Below are positions 60,178-64,000 of a DNA stretch of 64,000 nucleotides, piece after piece. Source of the stretch: Macrostomum lignano. Lineage: Eukaryota. Location of the stretch: NCBI GenBank assembly GCA_002269645.1, contig NIVC01002881.1, forward strand, positions 1 through 64,000. The letters run 5' to 3'. The notes under the pieces are model-generated. The model was not told the origin of the DNA. It saw only the letters and a list, made by a program, of their open reading frames with translations, and did not search any database. The position numbers were made by a program, and so were the translations under genes. Position 1 is the first letter of the stretch. Each line of letters begins with the position of its first letter.

Positions 60178-62470
60178 TTAAGTAGTGAGCGCCTGATGGC
60201 GTAGCAACCAAAGAGGCCTCTTGTAAAATTCTACTCGTACCTGGCAAGAGTTGGGCAAAGGCCCACAAAATATTAATTGCATTAGCGCACCAAAGGGGCG
60301 CAAAACCTGAATAAACTTGGGGGAACAGTAAAAGTCAAAGGCACCCGGCCGGCGCGTCCTGCATTGCCGGTAGTGATTGCAAAGAGAAAGGGGATGGGGC
60401 CGATCAGGGTTCGCTAGCGTTTCTAAGTGTTGATGCAGCGCATCACAAATTTCGACAGTTCTATGCCCATTAAGGCTGACAGCCAAGCACGTGGCCTCAC
60501 AGGTTACACATCCAGGGCGTGACAGCCTTGAGGATGGCGTCCGGGATGTCTGGCGGCTGGCCCATAAGGTAGTGGCCGCCAGCAGGGCTACCGCCTGTAT
60601 GATCGTCGGGTAGCGGCTTTGTTCGATCTCGGGGCTGGCCAGGCGAGCTGCGGAGTCGAGCACTTCCTGGCGGTTGCGATCGGACAACTCGCGGAGCCGC
60701 ACCCAGCGGGGCCAGCTGAAGTATCCGGGCCAAGTCCCGCTTCGGGCTGCCGTGAGAAATAGTCCGCCTAGGTACATGGCGGCTCCAACCATGAGGAAGG
60801 GCCGTCTTCGTGGTCAGGATCTCTCGTCTAGCCCGGCTCCAGCTCGACGACCTGGACTCCGACGTCACAGACCTCGACTGGGCCAGCCAGGGATGGCGGC
60901 GGGGCCACCGGGAGCACGTCACGGAGGGCATCGGCTAGCCCGCTTCCTCGCTGCCTTGAATGTAGGCCGGCGTCTCGGTGCATTGGTCGTTCATCCGCTG
61001 AGTCGACCGAGTCTATCGGGGTGCTCACGGGCGGGTCACTGGGCAAAAGCCGGTGGCGGCTTTCTGTCAGGTGCCTGAAACGAGGGAGGGTGGTCATGGC
61101 ACTGGCCTGACCGACTCCGCGCGCCGTCTCCCTGGCGTGGCGGCACTCGAAGTCTTGACAGTAGGCCGCAATGGCCCGTCCCACCTCGTCCGCGAGGGCT
61201 AGAGCTTGATCTTGGCTCGGTGCCGGAGCGTGGGTGAGAACTTAGAAGAATTTCGCCGCGGCTCTACCTCCAGGGTAGCAGCCACAGCCGGCTGTGTGTG
61301 TCGCCTTCGGCCTCTGCGACACGAGCGTTGTTGGTGTCTTTTTGCGCCTCAAATACCGACTTGCCGAATGCATTAAATGATTCTTGCATAAAAATATTCC
61401 GTTTGTATGATCATATGTTTACGCCTTTTCAAAATAATGAAAATATAACCCTAGATAAGTTTCCAAGTCACACTGCTGAAATTCCAAACAGCTGTGAATC
61501 AGCGCCCATTAAAAATCAGTGACCGAAATAATGGGCACGTATGACTGCCCGACAATGGAAATCATATTTAAGATATAATGTCTCAGCAAGCGAAGAAAAG
61601 TTGATATTGAAGCTACATTGTGTTCATTTGTGATGCAGTCAGCGATGGAGTAAAATTGCTCTGTTTTGGATGCTGTGGTCAATACAGGGTATAAAAACCA
61701 AAGTCGCTGGACTTTTTAAATATTGAACCGGTTGAATTAATATGAAGAACCGTCCCGCTGCTTTGCTTGATGCTCGTGTACATTATTTGTCGGGCAGGAT
61801 CTAAGCAACGCGCGCTCTCTAATGACTCCTGTAGGCAAATAAAAGTGGGGATGTAACTCATTCAAAAGTGCAATCTTTACCAAAAATAATTCTTGGCTGA
61901 CTTCTTTGTGCCGACTCTCACCAGTCTCACCTACCCGAGCCGGGAACAGCAGTGGCATATCCGGCACTCTCGCCTGTGCTCCAGCCGGCCGGGCCGGGCT
62001 GATGGCCTATCAGGGCCGTGGGGCTGGAAGATGACGGCCGATGACCCGTGACTGTGGCGTGGCAGGCCGTTGGCTGAGCATACTCCTGGGCTCTGCGGGC
62101 TAGAAACTGCTCGCGCAGAGTGGCGAGACCGGCGGCGGGCTGCTGGTGGTCTTCCGGCCAGCTGGTACGCGGTTCTTAATCGCGCAGCCGCCTCACATGC
62201 GGAGGGGAATCAAGGGTGAGGTCGACGACCTCCACCGGGGCGGCCACGGCTCGCCTGCTGCGGCGGCGACGAGACCGGCGGTTCCTCGACGACGCGCGCT
62301 CCCTTCGCTCAGGTTGGGGCGACACGCGGCCTGGCGGCGGTGACGAAGACCTTCTCTCGTGTCGGCTGACCCAGCCGCAGCCACGGGTGCACAAGCAGGA
62401 CGGGAGCCTGTCGTGGTGCGCCTTCCAGTTGGCCGGCGGCGGCCCCGATGGCCGGACCAGCATGCGCCGA
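60178..62470 (-). other. GC-rich, coding-like Pro/Arg-rich region 3' of the Gypsy integrase, interrupted by an AT-rich insert (~61290-61950)
   Basis: Overlapping minus-strand ORFs (60178-60792, 60828-61184, 62176-62463); no recognisable domain. Confidence 0.3.
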
Positions 62471-62989
62471 ACAAAAAGTCGGTCACAGCCAACCTCTCTC
62501 CCACTCGTCAGAGTTAGACCGATCCGTACGCTTAGTGGGGCGCGTTGGATGCATTGCTGCGCTGAAATGGGTTAAAATTTGTGCGCGCATGCGGGCGGTG
62601 CGACTAACATACATTTGAGGCCTAGTATCGCTAATAAGAGCCTCTCTGGAGGCCTACGATCGCTAACTGGCCTACCTAACCCTACCGGTCCTAAAGGCGC
62701 TTCCGCCTAAGTGGTGCATGGCGATGGTGCACGAGACTGCACCGCAGAAGAAGGTTCAGGGGGAGTGGGCGCATAGACGGGCAAAAAAGAAACAGCAGGC
62801 ACAGATGCATTTGAAACAGGCTCACGCAAGTGGCATTCACCATACGGCACTGGCTCACGCCGAAGTGCACTTGCCTGGTTCGCTGGTGTCGTGATCGGTC
62901 CACCTCCTGGCTGCACCTCCAGGATCGCCAGAGGCCGGAAGCACCACCAGAGGGCCGGCCTCACGTCGTCATCCTCGTCATCGTCGGGA

Positions 62990-63830
62990 TCTTCTAGACC
63001 GTCGTCGGGGACCGGTGGCAGGGTCGCGAGTCACCATCAGGGACGTGGAGCAGGTTGCGGCGATGAACAACTAGTTCATCCCGTCTAGCTCGTGAATTCG
63101 GCAGTCTTTGGCGAATTTTGTAGACCACCTCGCCTCTGGGCTCGATGACTTCGTAGAGTGCTTTGCGGGGTCGATGAAACTTCGATGCCTCGTCTGGTTA
63201 GAGCACAGGGTTGTTGAGAAAGACCAGATCACCGGGCTTGAGCTTCTTGGCCTCCGGCAGGTTGGAATAGTGCTCGTATCGCAGCTGCTGATGAAGGTGC
63301 AGACGATCCTTGGCCAGCTAAGTGGCCTCGTCCAGACGGCGCTGGAAGTCCTTGACATAGCCGGGCAAATCAGCATATTCAGGCAGCTTTTTCAACGCGT
63401 TGTAGATCGGGAGTCGGAAGTCACGGCCAAACACCAGATAGTTGGGCGTGAATCTTGTCACAGTGTGTACACTGGAGCGGAGAGCCATCAGGCAGGCCGG
63501 GAGGAAGGTGTCCCAGTCATTATGGTTGCGCTCAAGGAGACAGGTGAGAATGCTCTTCAGCTGCTTATTGACGCTCTCGACTTGACCGTTAGAAGCTGGG
63601 TTGTACGGTGTTGTCGTATGTCGAATGCCAAACAGGTTGCAGAACTTCTTGAAGGCGGAGCCGGTGAAATTGGTGCCTTGGTCAGTGTGGATCCAGCAGG
63701 GTACACCGAAATCCGGGATGAGGCGCTCCTGCAGGATCTTAATGACGGTCTTGGCCTTCTGGTTTCTCATTGGATAGGCGAACGGATACTTCGACATTGC
63801 ATCGGACAGGGTTAGGATGTAGTGGTTCCC
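62990..63830 (-). pseudogene. Ty3/Gypsy integrase remnant (rve core and GPY/F-type C-terminus)
   Basis: SKYPFAYPM, FGVPCWIHTDQGTNF, YNPASNGQVESVNK, WDTFLPACLMALR, TPNYLVFGR, LKPGDLVFL..SKFHRP. Truncated at its 5' side by AT-rich DNA. Confidence 0.92.
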
Positions 63831-64000
63831 GCTCTTGATCTTCTGGGCGATACGGCCTACTGAAAACTCAAACTCTATTAATAATACATGTTAATAATAC
63901 ATAATACATATTAATAATAATATCCTACACAGCACTGAATGGGCAAATGAGTAGGAGGGAGTGTACCATGAAGGCTGCTGAGACTGTGGGACGGGTCTGG

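Overview
AT-rich, intron-containing eukaryotic (probably invertebrate) DNA made almost entirely of transposons and satellites. No ordinary host gene can be supported, and the species cannot be determined from the sequence. The centre is a decayed, multi-exon Helitron Rep/helicase gene (minus strand, 33166-43414). Its N-terminus carries 11 x 23-aa STPR-like repeats and an OTU protease domain. Directly upstream on the same strand lie an RPA70-like ssDNA-binding gene (45550-47107), a spliced tyrosine-recombinase-like gene (48177-50696) and a FLYWCH fragment; this co-oriented YR + RPA + Rep/Hel set is the most interesting candidate system. Other elements: a second RPA70-like gene (19731-~21300, +); an intact APE-RT-RNaseH LINE ORF inserted in frame into a two-exon Zn-knuckle/polyQ mini-gene; a TRIM-like LTR element with a nested tRNA-SINE inside a minisatellite; a 2.2-kb solo-LTR-like insert; a decayed I/Jockey-like LINE split by a 2.5-kb orphan insert; two related Gypsy integrase remnants; a Penelope-type minimal hammerhead ribozyme; and several minisatellites sharing a TAGCAA-(N)-ATC core. 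All domain calls come from motif recognition by eye; no database searches were run.
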